In this document: piece after piece, positions 16,457 through 24,152 of the stretch
Layout of the letters: the number at the start of each line of letters is the position of its first letter
How positions within the stretch are numbered: the first letter of the stretch is position 1
DNA from: Candidatus Methanoperedens sp.
GTDB lineage: Archaea; Halobacteriota; Methanosarcinia; Methanosarcinales; Methanoperedenaceae
Assembly (NCBI GenBank): GCA_027460535.1
Contig: JAPZAR010000011.1
Coordinates: forward strand, 30,001 to 62,000
Direction: 5' to 3'
Length of the DNA: 32,000 bases
The notes under the pieces: generated by a model
Database searches by the model: none
Told to the model about the DNA's origin: nothing
Seen by the model: only the letters and a program-made list of their open reading frames with translations
Program-made: the position numbers and the translations under genes

Positions 16457-18175
16457 ATGTCCCAGGTAAAACTCACAGACACAACTCTCAGAGATGCCCA
16501 CCAGTCCCTTATCGCCACCCGCATGAGAACAAGGGATATGCTGCCTATAGCCGAGAAGATGGATGAGGCGGGTTTCTTTTCGCTCGAGGTATGGGGCGGT
16601 GCCACCTTCGACTCATCTATACGGTATTTGAACGAGGATCCGTGGGACAGGCTGCGGGCGCTCAAAAAAGCGATCAAGAAAACACCCCTCCAGATGCTGC
16701 TGCGCGGCCAGAACCTCGTGGGTTACAGGCATTACTCCGACGACATTGTTGTAAAATTCGTTGAGCATGCCGGGGAAAGCGGGATTGATATTTTCAGGAT
16801 ATTCGATGCGGTCAATGACATAAGGAACATGGAAGTTTCGATAAAGACAGCAAAGCGCGTGGGTGCACATGTGCAGGGCACTGTGTGCTACACCATAAGC
16901 CCAGTCCATCCCATCCCGCTGTATGTCAAGATGGCAAAGGAGCTTGAGGAGATGGGTTGCGATTCGTTGTGCATCAAGGACATGGCAGGTCTCATCTCGC
17001 CTCAGAATGCCTTTGACCTCGTTACAGCACTGAAAGAAGAGATTAGTATCCCGGTTGATCTGCACAGCCACTGCACAAGCGGGATGGCACCGATGAGCTA
17101 TCTTTTTGCCTGCGAGGCTGGCGTGGATATCCTGGACACGGCTTTCTCCCCTTTCGCCTGGGGCACATCGCAGCCACCGACTGAAACAACTGTGGCGGCG
17201 CTGCGTGGAACGAGATACGATACCGGTCTTGACCTCTTCCTTCTCACAGAGATAAAGAAATACTTTGAGGAACTTAAAGAGAAATACCGGGGGATCCTTG
17301 ACCCCATCTCAGAGAGAATAGACACGAACGTGTTGAAGTACCAGATCCCTGGAGGGATGCTCTCCAATCTGGTATCGCAGTTGAAAGAGCAGAATGCCCT
17401 TGATAAGTACGATGCAGTGCTTGCCGAGATGCCCAGGGTGAGAGAAGAGCTGGGCTACCCGCCGCTGGTCACACCCACAAGCCAGATCGTAGGTACGCAA
17501 GCGGTATTGAACGTGCTCATGGGAGAGCGCTACAAAGTCGTGCCGAAAGAAGTAAAGGATTATGTCAAAGGCCTATACGGACGCACGCCTGCACCCATAA
17601 GCAAGGAGATCATCGCAAAAATACTGGGGGATGAAAAGCCCATAACCTGCCGCCCGGCAGACCTTTTGCCGCCTGAACTTGAGAAGGTCACAAAAGAAGC
17701 ATATGCGCTTGGGATTGTCAAGAAACCAGAAGATATCCTGACTTATGCCCTGTATCCCGCAATAGCGCCAAAGTTCCTGAGGGGCGAGGCTAAAGAGGAA
17801 ACTCTGGAAGCTCCAAAACCGAATAACGGGAAGGCAGGAGCCCCGATGCCAACCGAATTCAGGGTGGAAGTGGACGGCGATGAGTTCAATGTAAAGATCA
17901 TATCCGTGGGCGGTGGGATTGCAGTAAAGTCGATAACAGCCGCAGAAGGCCCCAAAACCATGGACGGCGCCGTAACCGCAAGCATGCAGGGAATGGTCCT
18001 GAAAGTAAAGGTCAAGAAAGGAGATCCGGTCGCCAAAGGAGATGTAGTGATGGTCCTGGAAGCCATGAAGATGGAGAATAACATCCATGCACCCCATGCC
18101 GGCACCGTGAAAGACATATTCGTTAAAGAAGGCATCACAGTGAGCGCTGGAGATACATTGTTGATCATCGGGTAG
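16457..18175 (+). CDS. pycB: pyruvate carboxylase subunit B (carboxyltransferase plus biotinyl carrier domain)
   Basis: It has LTDTTLRDAHQSL and a HMGL-like TIM barrel. The C-terminal biotinyl domain carries EAMKMEN. Confidence 0.9.
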   Translation: MSQVKLTDTTLRDAHQSLIATRMRTRDMLPIAEKMDEAGFFSLEVWGGATFDSSIRYLNEDPWDRLRALKKAIKKTPLQMLLRGQNLVGYRHYSDDIVVKFVEHAGESGIDIFRIFDAVNDIRNMEVSIKTAKRVGAHVQGTVCYTISPVHPIPLYVKMAKELEEMGCDSLCIKDMAGLISPQNAFDLVTALKEEISIPVDLHSHCTSGMAPMSYLFACEAGVDILDTAFSPFAWGTSQPPTETTVAALRGTRYDTGLDLFLLTEIKKYFEELKEKYRGILDPISERIDTNVLKYQIPGGMLSNLVSQLKEQNALDKYDAVLAEMPRVREELGYPPLVTPTSQIVGTQAVLNVLMGERYKVVPKEVKDYVKGLYGRTPAPISKEIIAKILGDEKPITCRPADLLPPELEKVTKEAYALGIVKKPEDILTYALYPAIAPKFLRGEAKEETLEAPKPNNGKAGAPMPTEFRVEVDGDEFNVKIISVGGGIAVKSITAAEGPKTMDGAVTASMQGMVLKVKVKKGDPVAKGDVVMVLEAMKMENNIHAPHAGTVKDIFVKEGITVSAGDTLLIIG

Positions 18176-18178
18176 AAT

Positions 18179-19663
18179 ATGTTCAGGAAAATACTGATCG
18201 CAAACCGGGGTGAGATCGCAATCCGCGTCATGCGCGCATGCAGGGAGCTTGATGTAAAAACAGTAGCAGTTTATTCAGAGGTAGATAAGAACGCCCTTTT
18301 TGCAAAATATGCAGATGAAGCATACTACATCGGTCCTGCCCCGGCGAGCCAGAGCTACCTGAATATGGACAGTATACTTGATGTTGCGCATAAGACCGGG
18401 GCTGAGGGAATCCATCCAGGTTACGGTTTTCTTGCCGAGAACCCTCAATTCGCCTCGCGGTGCGAGAGGGAGGGGATAACATTCATTGGCCCTTCGGGCC
18501 AGGTCATCGAGAGCGTGGGCAGCAAGATCGCGGCAAAAAAAACAATGAAAGCCGCGGGAATCCCTGTAATACCAGGAAGCAAGAACGGTATTAATGATTT
18601 TGATGAAGCTCTTGCAACCGCCGAAGATATCGGTTATCCTGTGATCGTGAAAGCCTCGGCAGGAGGCGGGGGCATCGGGATGAAAGTGGTCCGGAAAAGC
18701 AGCGAGCTAATCCAGATGATAGAGTCAGCGCGCTCGGTAGCAAAATCGGCTTTTGGGGATGCCACGGTCTTCATAGAAAAGTACCTGGAAGAACCGCGCC
18801 ACATCGAATTCCAGATCCTTGCAGATTCATTCGGCAATATTATCCATGTGGGCGACCGGGAGTGCTCTATCCAGCGGCGGCACCAGAAGCTGATCGAAGA
18901 ATCTCCATCCCCTATCATGACCCCCGATCTAAGGGAAAAGATGGGAACAGATGCTGTAAAAGCGGCAGCGGCTGTCAATTATACCAATGCCGGTACCATA
19001 GAGTTCCTGTATTCCAAAGGGAACTACTATTTCCTCGAGATGAACACCCGGCTTCAGGTAGAACACCCGATCACTGAAGTTGTTACCGGGGTGGACCTTG
19101 CAAAAGAGCAATTGAGGATCGCAGCGGGGGAGGAATTGACCTATAAACAGAATGATATACGGCAGATCGGATGGGCGATCGAATGCCGCCTGAATGCAGA
19201 AGACCCGCTTAACAACTTCACACCCGCCCCGGGAAAACTGCGAAGATACAGGTCATCAGGTGGTCCGGGCGTGAGAGTAGATAGCGGCGTCCACACAGGA
19301 TACACCATAACACCCTTCTATGACTCGCTGATCTCAAAACTCACGGTTTTTGGGAGGAACCGAGATGAGGCGATAGCGCGGATGAAACGGGCTCTGTACG
19401 AATATATCATCGTAGGGGTGACCACCAACATACCTTTCCACAAAGCCGTGATGAACAACGAATATTTCAGGCGTGGTGAGCTGACAACGCATTTCATAGA
19501 AGACCACAATATCATTGCTGAGGTAGAGAAGATAGTAGAGGCTGAAAAAGAGAAGGGCGCTACTCTTGCCTCCGCCCTGGGTGTTGAGGATAAGAAGGTT
19601 GCTGCAATAACTGCAGCTGTTGGTGCATATATGCAGAGCGCAAAAGCTGGGGGAGCGAAATGA
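18179..19663 (+). CDS. pycA: pyruvate carboxylase subunit A (biotin carboxylase)
   Basis: It has [12 protein letters not shown], an ATP-grasp region GGGGIGM, and [14 protein letters not shown]. Confidence 0.9.
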   Translation: MFRKILIANRGEIAIRVMRACRELDVKTVAVYSEVDKNALFAKYADEAYYIGPAPASQSYLNMDSILDVAHKTGAEGIHPGYGFLAENPQFASRCEREGITFIGPSGQVIESVGSKIAAKKTMKAAGIPVIPGSKNGINDFDEALATAEDIGYPVIVKASAGGGGIGMKVVRKSSELIQMIESARSVAKSAFGDATVFIEKYLEEPRHIEFQILADSFGNIIHVGDRECSIQRRHQKLIEESPSPIMTPDLREKMGTDAVKAAAAVNYTNAGTIEFLYSKGNYYFLEMNTRLQVEHPITEVVTGVDLAKEQLRIAAGEELTYKQNDIRQIGWAIECRLNAEDPLNNFTPAPGKLRRYRSSGGPGVRVDSGVHTGYTITPFYDSLISKLTVFGRNRDEAIARMKRALYEYIIVGVTTNIPFHKAVMNNEYFRRGELTTHFIEDHNIIAEVEKIVEAEKEKGATLASALGVEDKKVAAITAAVGAYMQSAKAGGAK

Positions 19664-20655
19664 ATATAAAAGATAAGATAAAAGATAAGATAATTGAAAG
19701 GCTGATCAAAAGCAAAGGCGAACGAATTTCGGGTGAGCGACTTGCCAATGAACTTTCAGTTTCACGAGCTGCGATCTGGAAGCATATCCAGGCATTGAGG
19801 GAGGAAGGATACATGATTGACTCTTCAACAAATCTGGGATATTCGCTCATAACCTCACCTGACCAATTGACAACGGGTGAGATCAGGGCTGGTCTTAAGA
19901 CTGCCATGATCGGCAAAAATATCCAGTATTTCAAGGAAACCGAAAGCACCAATATAATAGCCCGGGGGATAGCCAAGTCCGTTGAAGAAGGCACTGTGGT
20001 GATCGCTGAATCCCAGACCGGGGGGAGAGGGCGTCTGGGAAGGAAATGGATATCTCCGGAGGGAGGCATCTGGCTTTCAATAATCCTCAAACCCAGAATA
20101 CAGCCTTTGTATGCTTCCAGGATCACGCTACTTGCTGGTGTTTCCGTCGCGAAAGCAATCCGGGCCCTGGGGCTTCCTGCAAAAATAAAATGGCCCAATG
20201 ACGTGCTAATAAACGGAAAGAAAGTATGCGGAATTCTTACCGAGATCGAAGCTGAAATTGACCTGATAGATTACTGTGTGGTCGGGATCGGTATAGATGC
20301 CAACATTGATACAGAGACGTTCCCCGAAGAGGCCAGGGATAGCTCCACATCCCTGAAAAGGGAACTCGGGCATGAAATAAACCGGGTCGAATTCGTTCAG
20401 AGGTTACTTGAAGAGTTTGAGGCTCTCTATCAGAGATTCCAGAAAGATGATTTTTCATCCATTCTGGAAGAATGGCGGAATATGTCAGCCACCATAGGGG
20501 AATGGGTCAAGATATCAACCCAGACAAAAACTATTTACGGTGAAGCAATCGGGGTGGATAACGAAGGAGCACTGATACTGGAAACCGGTGAAGGCAAGCT
20601 TGAGAAGATAGTCGCAGGGAACTGCGAACACCTGAGAAGAGGATATGAGACTTAA
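19660..20655 (+). CDS. birA: bifunctional biotin-[acetyl-CoA-carboxylase] ligase / HTH repressor
   Basis: The N-terminal wHTH is [29 protein letters not shown]. The catalytic motif is GRGRLGRKW, followed by KWPNDVL. An ATGA overlap joins it to pycA. Confidence 0.9.
   Translation: MNIKDKIKDKIIERLIKSKGERISGERLANELSVSRAAIWKHIQALREEGYMIDSSTNLGYSLITSPDQLTTGEIRAGLKTAMIGKNIQYFKETESTNIIARGIAKSVEEGTVVIAESQTGGRGRLGRKWISPEGGIWLSIILKPRIQPLYASRITLLAGVSVAKAIRALGLPAKIKWPNDVLINGKKVCGILTEIEAEIDLIDYCVVGIGIDANIDTETFPEEARDSSTSLKRELGHEINRVEFVQRLLEEFEALYQRFQKDDFSSILEEWRNMSATIGEWVKISTQTKTIYGEAIGVDNEGALILETGEGKLEKIVAGNCEHLRRGYET
19669..19692 (+). repeat. perfect 12-nt tandem duplication AAAGATAAGATA x2 at the birA 5' end (encodes KDKI-KDKI)
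   Basis: It is read directly from the sequence and keeps the reading frame. Confidence 0.8.
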
Positions 20656-21064
20656 CATAGCTGTTATTCTCATCCTGATTGCATCAATATTTTCTGCTGG
20701 ATGCTTATCTGAGAGCACGATTCCCATCAAGGACATTGTCTTTGATATCAAACCTGCTGAACTTACAATGAAAAGCGGGGATGCTGCCAAGGTCATGATA
20801 CGGGTTACCAACAATGGAAAAACCACTATCCACCCGTTCGTTCGTTTTAACATGAACGCCTCTGACAGGCAGTATATCAGGTTCATTAACGAGAGCTACG
20901 ACATAGGCAGCCTGCGTCCGGGCGAGGACTCAGGGTTCAGGATAGTGGATTTCAGGGCCGAACTTGCTGCGGGTAAAGAGATAAAATATCCTGTCCGTGT
21001 GCAGGTAATTAACGATGGCAAAGTGCTTGAGAATAAGGATATTGTAATAACTGTGACGAGGTAG
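20645..21064 (+). CDS. small secreted/lipoprotein-like protein with a beta-rich (CARDB/Ig-like) body
   Basis: The signal peptide [20 protein letters not shown] ends in a lipobox-like SAGC. It overlaps the birA stop by 11 nt. Confidence 0.55.
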   Translation: MRLNIAVILILIASIFSAGCLSESTIPIKDIVFDIKPAELTMKSGDAAKVMIRVTNNGKTTIHPFVRFNMNASDRQYIRFINESYDIGSLRPGEDSGFRIVDFRAELAAGKEIKYPVRVQVINDGKVLENKDIVITVTR

Positions 21065-21065
21065 T

Positions 21066-21695
21066 ATGAATGGGGAATTAAGAGAAAGGCTTGGGAAGCT
21101 CGATAAGAATTACGATGGAAAAGCCTTCCGGGAGATTATCAGCCAGATAAAACGAGAAAGAATAAATGACAACGGATTGCTCGTGCTCGTAGAAAACATA
21201 AGCCTGAAGAGGTTCAAAGAAACGGTATCGTTCACCATCAGCGTGCCGGTTGGCAACCTGCTCGAAGCCGTTCTCACGATTGCCACCCTGGTTCTGGCTT
21301 TCCAGATAAATTCAAACTGGATGCTATACATCAGCGCCCTTGTGCTGATGGCAACGCTTCACTCGCTCTCGCATTACATTACGGGCGCACTCGCAGGCAT
21401 AAGGTTCTCGCATTATTATCTGAACGGCCCGGCGCGGATAGAGCCAACGCTGCGGATCGATTTTTCCTCGTATCTTAAAGCCCCGGGGAAAAAGAGGGCG
21501 CTCATGCATCTATCCGGGGTCGTCGGGACAGTTGCGGCGCCGCTTATCGTTGCTGTTATTGCCCTGGATAAAGGTGCTTCCGTGGCGGCTGTAAATCTCT
21601 TTTATCTCTTTCTATTGCTGATAGTGTTCGAACTTTTGACCTCGACGAAAATAGGGGATTTGATGAAGGCGAAAAGGGAGTACGGGTACAGGTGA
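21066..21695 (+). CDS. integral membrane protein (about 4 TM) with a soluble about 60-aa N-terminus; unknown function
   Basis: The hydrophobic segments are LLEAVLTIATLVLAF, WMLYISALVLMATLHSLSHYITGALAG, LSGVVGTVAAPLIVAVIAL and VNLFYLFLLLIVFELL. It starts 1 nt after the preceding stop. Confidence 0.55.
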   Translation: MNGELRERLGKLDKNYDGKAFREIISQIKRERINDNGLLVLVENISLKRFKETVSFTISVPVGNLLEAVLTIATLVLAFQINSNWMLYISALVLMATLHSLSHYITGALAGIRFSHYYLNGPARIEPTLRIDFSSYLKAPGKKRALMHLSGVVGTVAAPLIVAVIALDKGASVAAVNLFYLFLLLIVFELLTSTKIGDLMKAKREYGYR

Positions 21696-21734
21696 AAAAT
21701 TGACAATAACTATCTGAATGATGTTCGTACATTT

Positions 21735-22313
21735 TCATTTTTTTTCGCTTTCCACTATCTCTTTCCACAATTTTTCAAAACGGTTTTGAATGCCAGGTTT
21801 ATCAAGAGCGGAAGCAAATTGTGAAAGCCAGTTGAGAATGTAATTTTTATCAAGCTGATCGCTTCTTCTTAAGAGGATTCCCTCAACATCCTGCCAATCT
21901 TTTTCCCTTTCTGATATCACTTTATGGATGATTAGGTCCTCGGCAGTGCATACCCTGACCCTGGTATTTTTTGATATTTCAACCTCAATCGCCCTTTCAA
22001 TCGCCGTCTTTTCATAATCAAGTCCTGCCATAATAATATCCCCCTTTACGCCCTTCACGATCTCGATTGGTAGTACCCTGGTTTTTCTGACAAAATCTTC
22101 TGGATTCTCAACCAGTATTTTGAACCTCGACCCTGCCTCTTTGATAAAATCCTGCTCCTGTGCATTAGAGATATAGACAGTGATATCGATGTCCACAGTA
22201 AGCCGCGGCTCGCCCCATACAAGATTACCTATGCCCCCTATGACCATATAAGGTATATTTTGAGTATGTAAGAAGTCTTGTATGTCTTTTAAGGCCTCTT
22301 CCAATTTATTCAT
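21735..22313 (-). CDS. minimal nucleotidyltransferase-fold protein (DUF6036/AbiEii-like)
   Basis: YMVIGGIGNLVWGEPRLTVDIDITV fits the pattern GG...G..R.T.DiDi. An ATGA overlap joins it to the upstream 87-aa gene. Confidence 0.6.
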   Translation of the reverse strand: MNKLEEALKDIQDFLHTQNIPYMVIGGIGNLVWGEPRLTVDIDITVYISNAQEQDFIKEAGSRFKILVENPEDFVRKTRVLPIEIVKGVKGDIIMAGLDYEKTAIERAIEVEISKNTRVRVCTAEDLIIHKVISEREKDWQDVEGILLRRSDQLDKNYILNWLSQFASALDKPGIQNRFEKLWKEIVESEKK

Positions 22314-22573
22314 GCATGCAACCTTTTTTGGATTATATCAAAGGATTTTCGAACCATCACAAGCTCTTCCATTCTTCTTTTTCTGAATTTTTCCATCTCT
22401 TTTGCCGAGAATTTGGTATGCGCTTCCCACAGTTCAGAAAAGATTTCAAAGGCTGAATCTACTGAGAGAGTTTTGAGAAACTTTTTCTTGTAATTCCTTT
22501 CCCAGTTTGCAAAGGCCTTCCAGTCTTTACCGGTCAATTCTTTATTCATATTGTAACTTTTGCTTTTGGACAA
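22310..22573 (-). CDS. small helical Lys-rich protein, putative partner of the 21735-22313 NTase
   Basis: Its stop overlaps the NTase ATG at 22310-22313. The TTG start is at 22573 and the first ATG (MNKELTGKDW) is at 22549. I recognise no family. Confidence 0.45.
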   Translation of the reverse strand: MSKSKSYNMNKELTGKDWKAFANWERNYKKKFLKTLSVDSAFEIFSELWEAHTKFSAKEMEKFRKRRMEELVMVRKSFDIIQKRLHA

Positions 22574-22717
22574 TCCTATATTATAGGCTATGTTGCATAA
22601 ATATTCTTGTTCATATCCTGAGATTATTGCAAATCGTTTGATAAATAAAAAAATTATTCCCGAGACGCTCAGAAATTGATAGAACAGCGCCTTTGCCTTA
22701 GCAGCGGATGCGGCGTA

Positions 22718-22858
22718 TTATTCAATTTCATACCCATGTTTCTTTAAGAAATCCCCGAATCTGATGACTCTACCTGCTTTAATATCCTGCAATCCCTCTT
22801 CGATTTCTCTCATTGTCACATCATCATTAAGGATAGCAACTGTATGGAATGGTTTCAT
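22718..22858 (-). CDS. 46-aa antitoxin-like protein, not in the ORF track
   Basis: My translation is MKPFHTVAILNDDVTMREIEEGLQDIKAGRVIRFGDFLKKHGYEIE*. Its ATG overlaps the HepT stop (ATGA at 22855-22858). The EGL.DIKAGRV..F..F tail resembles RelB/ParD/Phd-type antitoxin C-termini. Confidence 0.45.
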   Translation of the reverse strand: MKPFHTVAILNDDVTMREIEEGLQDIKAGRVIRFGDFLKKHGYEIE

Positions 22859-23202
22859 TTTCCTCCTTCTTTTATTATTTTTTCAATTAGGATTTTAAGC
22901 TCTGGCAATTGTTCTTTAACGATATACCATACATTTTTCAAATCCACAGTAAAATATGCATGGATGACAATGTTCCTGAAACCTATTACCTTCTTCCATG
23001 GGATTTGTGTGTATTTTTCAGTTATTTCAGGAGGAATATTTTTTATAGCCTCCGCTATTATTTCAAGATTTCTTACCACTGCATCCGATACTATGGTATT
23101 TTTTTCAAAATCTTCAAATGTTAAACCGGATGTATAGGTTTCGATTCTACGTATACTTTCCAGAATATCAGATAAAAACAATTTATAATCTCGTTTAGAC
23201 AT
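22855..23202 (-). CDS. hepT: HEPN-domain (DUF86) toxin HepT
   Basis: RNIVIHAYF is the R-x4-H-x-Y motif. It overlaps mntA by 8 nt. Confidence 0.85.
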   Translation of the reverse strand: MSKRDYKLFLSDILESIRRIETYTSGLTFEDFEKNTIVSDAVVRNLEIIAEAIKNIPPEITEKYTQIPWKKVIGFRNIVIHAYFTVDLKNVWYIVKEQLPELKILIEKIIKEGGK

Positions 23203-23491
23203 GCACTAATTCCTTTTTTATGTAATTCCAGAGGGCAGTTTTTCTTATAACTCCACCTTTCAATACAAGATCGACTTTAATACCTAAAATTGCTTCAAGG
23301 TATTCAGCCAAGTCAACAACATCCCAGCCAATCGGCTTTTCAAACTCAACAAGAATATCTACATCACTGATTTCTTTTTGTTCACCCCTCACGATTGAAC
23401 CAAATATCCCGATCTCATTTACCCCAAATCTTTCTTTCAGTTTTCCTTTGTGCGTTTTAAGGATTTTTTTTATCTCTTCTAATGTCTTCAT
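23195..23491 (-). CDS. mntA: minimal nucleotidyltransferase antitoxin MntA
   Basis: IFGSIVRGEQKEISDVDILV carries GSxxRG...DxD. The track ORF extends to 23569. MKTLEEIKKILK at 23491 fits the usual length. Confidence 0.85.
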   Translation of the reverse strand: MKTLEEIKKILKTHKGKLKERFGVNEIGIFGSIVRGEQKEISDVDILVEFEKPIGWDVVDLAEYLEAILGIKVDLVLKGGVIRKTALWNYIKKELVHV

Positions 23492-23778
23492 CCGCCCAGC
23501 CTCGTCTGTACCGTTTCTCTTCTTATTTCCTCTCTCAACCTTTCCCTTCCTGCCAGAAAGACTTTCCAAGACTCTGCAGAAAACGCAGAATTTATTCCTT
23601 CAATTAAAATTCTTGAAAACTTCTCAGCAGGAATTATTTGATCAATATGCTCTCTTGAAAGAGTTGTTGCGCCAACAATGTGCACATATTCCCCTGTATC
23701 CTCGATAAGTTTAATCTCAACAGGCTCCAGCCAGTTGAAACTTTTAATATTGCTTCCTGGTCTTACGTTATTTATCAA
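23488..23778 (-). CDS. 96-aa ORF; possibly the 5' stump of a large SNF2/DEAD-type defence helicase
   Basis: VRPGSNIKSFNWLEPVEIKLIEDTGEYVHIVGATTLSREHIDQIIPAEKF...FSAESWKVFLAGRERLR resembles the N-terminal domain preceding the ATPase core in long archaeal helicases, as I recall them. Its stop forms an ATGA with the mntA start. Confidence 0.35.
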   Translation of the reverse strand: MINNVRPGSNIKSFNWLEPVEIKLIEDTGEYVHIVGATTLSREHIDQIIPAEKFSRILIEGINSAFSAESWKVFLAGRERLREEIRRETVQTRLGG

Positions 23779-24152
23779 TTTTTATCACCGTATATTTGAG
23801 GAAGTTTTGTCCGCGCTTCAGGAAATAATACGATGTTACAAAGTTTTTCGGTGAGCATAGGCGATTCATACTTTCCACCATTTTTATCTTACCTCAAAGG
23901 ATGTTAACAATCTGATGCAGAGTTGTTAATAGCAGACATGCTGATGCTAATATAGTTAAGGTTTGTTAAATTCTTTTTGCTCTATAATATTTTACAAGTT
24001 AAGGTTATTCTACTGAATTCTAACTGCACTTGTTGATTTTACTTTTCAATATTTGATGTCATGAAATATGTTTTCCTACAAATCGGGTAGTGTGACACTT
24101 GTGACATAAGTTTTTATATCATCAACCGCAATTCAGGCAAGATATACTATGA

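Noticed and set aside
17573-18231. 174-aa and 162-aa minus-strand ORFs
   Set aside because: Both are antisense to the pycB biotinyl-domain region and the pycA start. The sense strand encodes unmistakable EAMKMEN and biotin carboxylase motifs.
19560-20198. 212-aa minus-strand ORF
   Set aside because: It is antisense to birA and the pycA end. The birA frame carries the GRGRLGRKW motif.
23492-23569. 26-codon N-terminal extension of mntA (MESLSGRKGKVERGNKKRNGTDEAGR)
   Set aside because: It is low-complexity and overlaps the 96-aa ORF. MNT proteins normally start about 20 residues before the GSxxRG motif, which fits the ATG at 23491.
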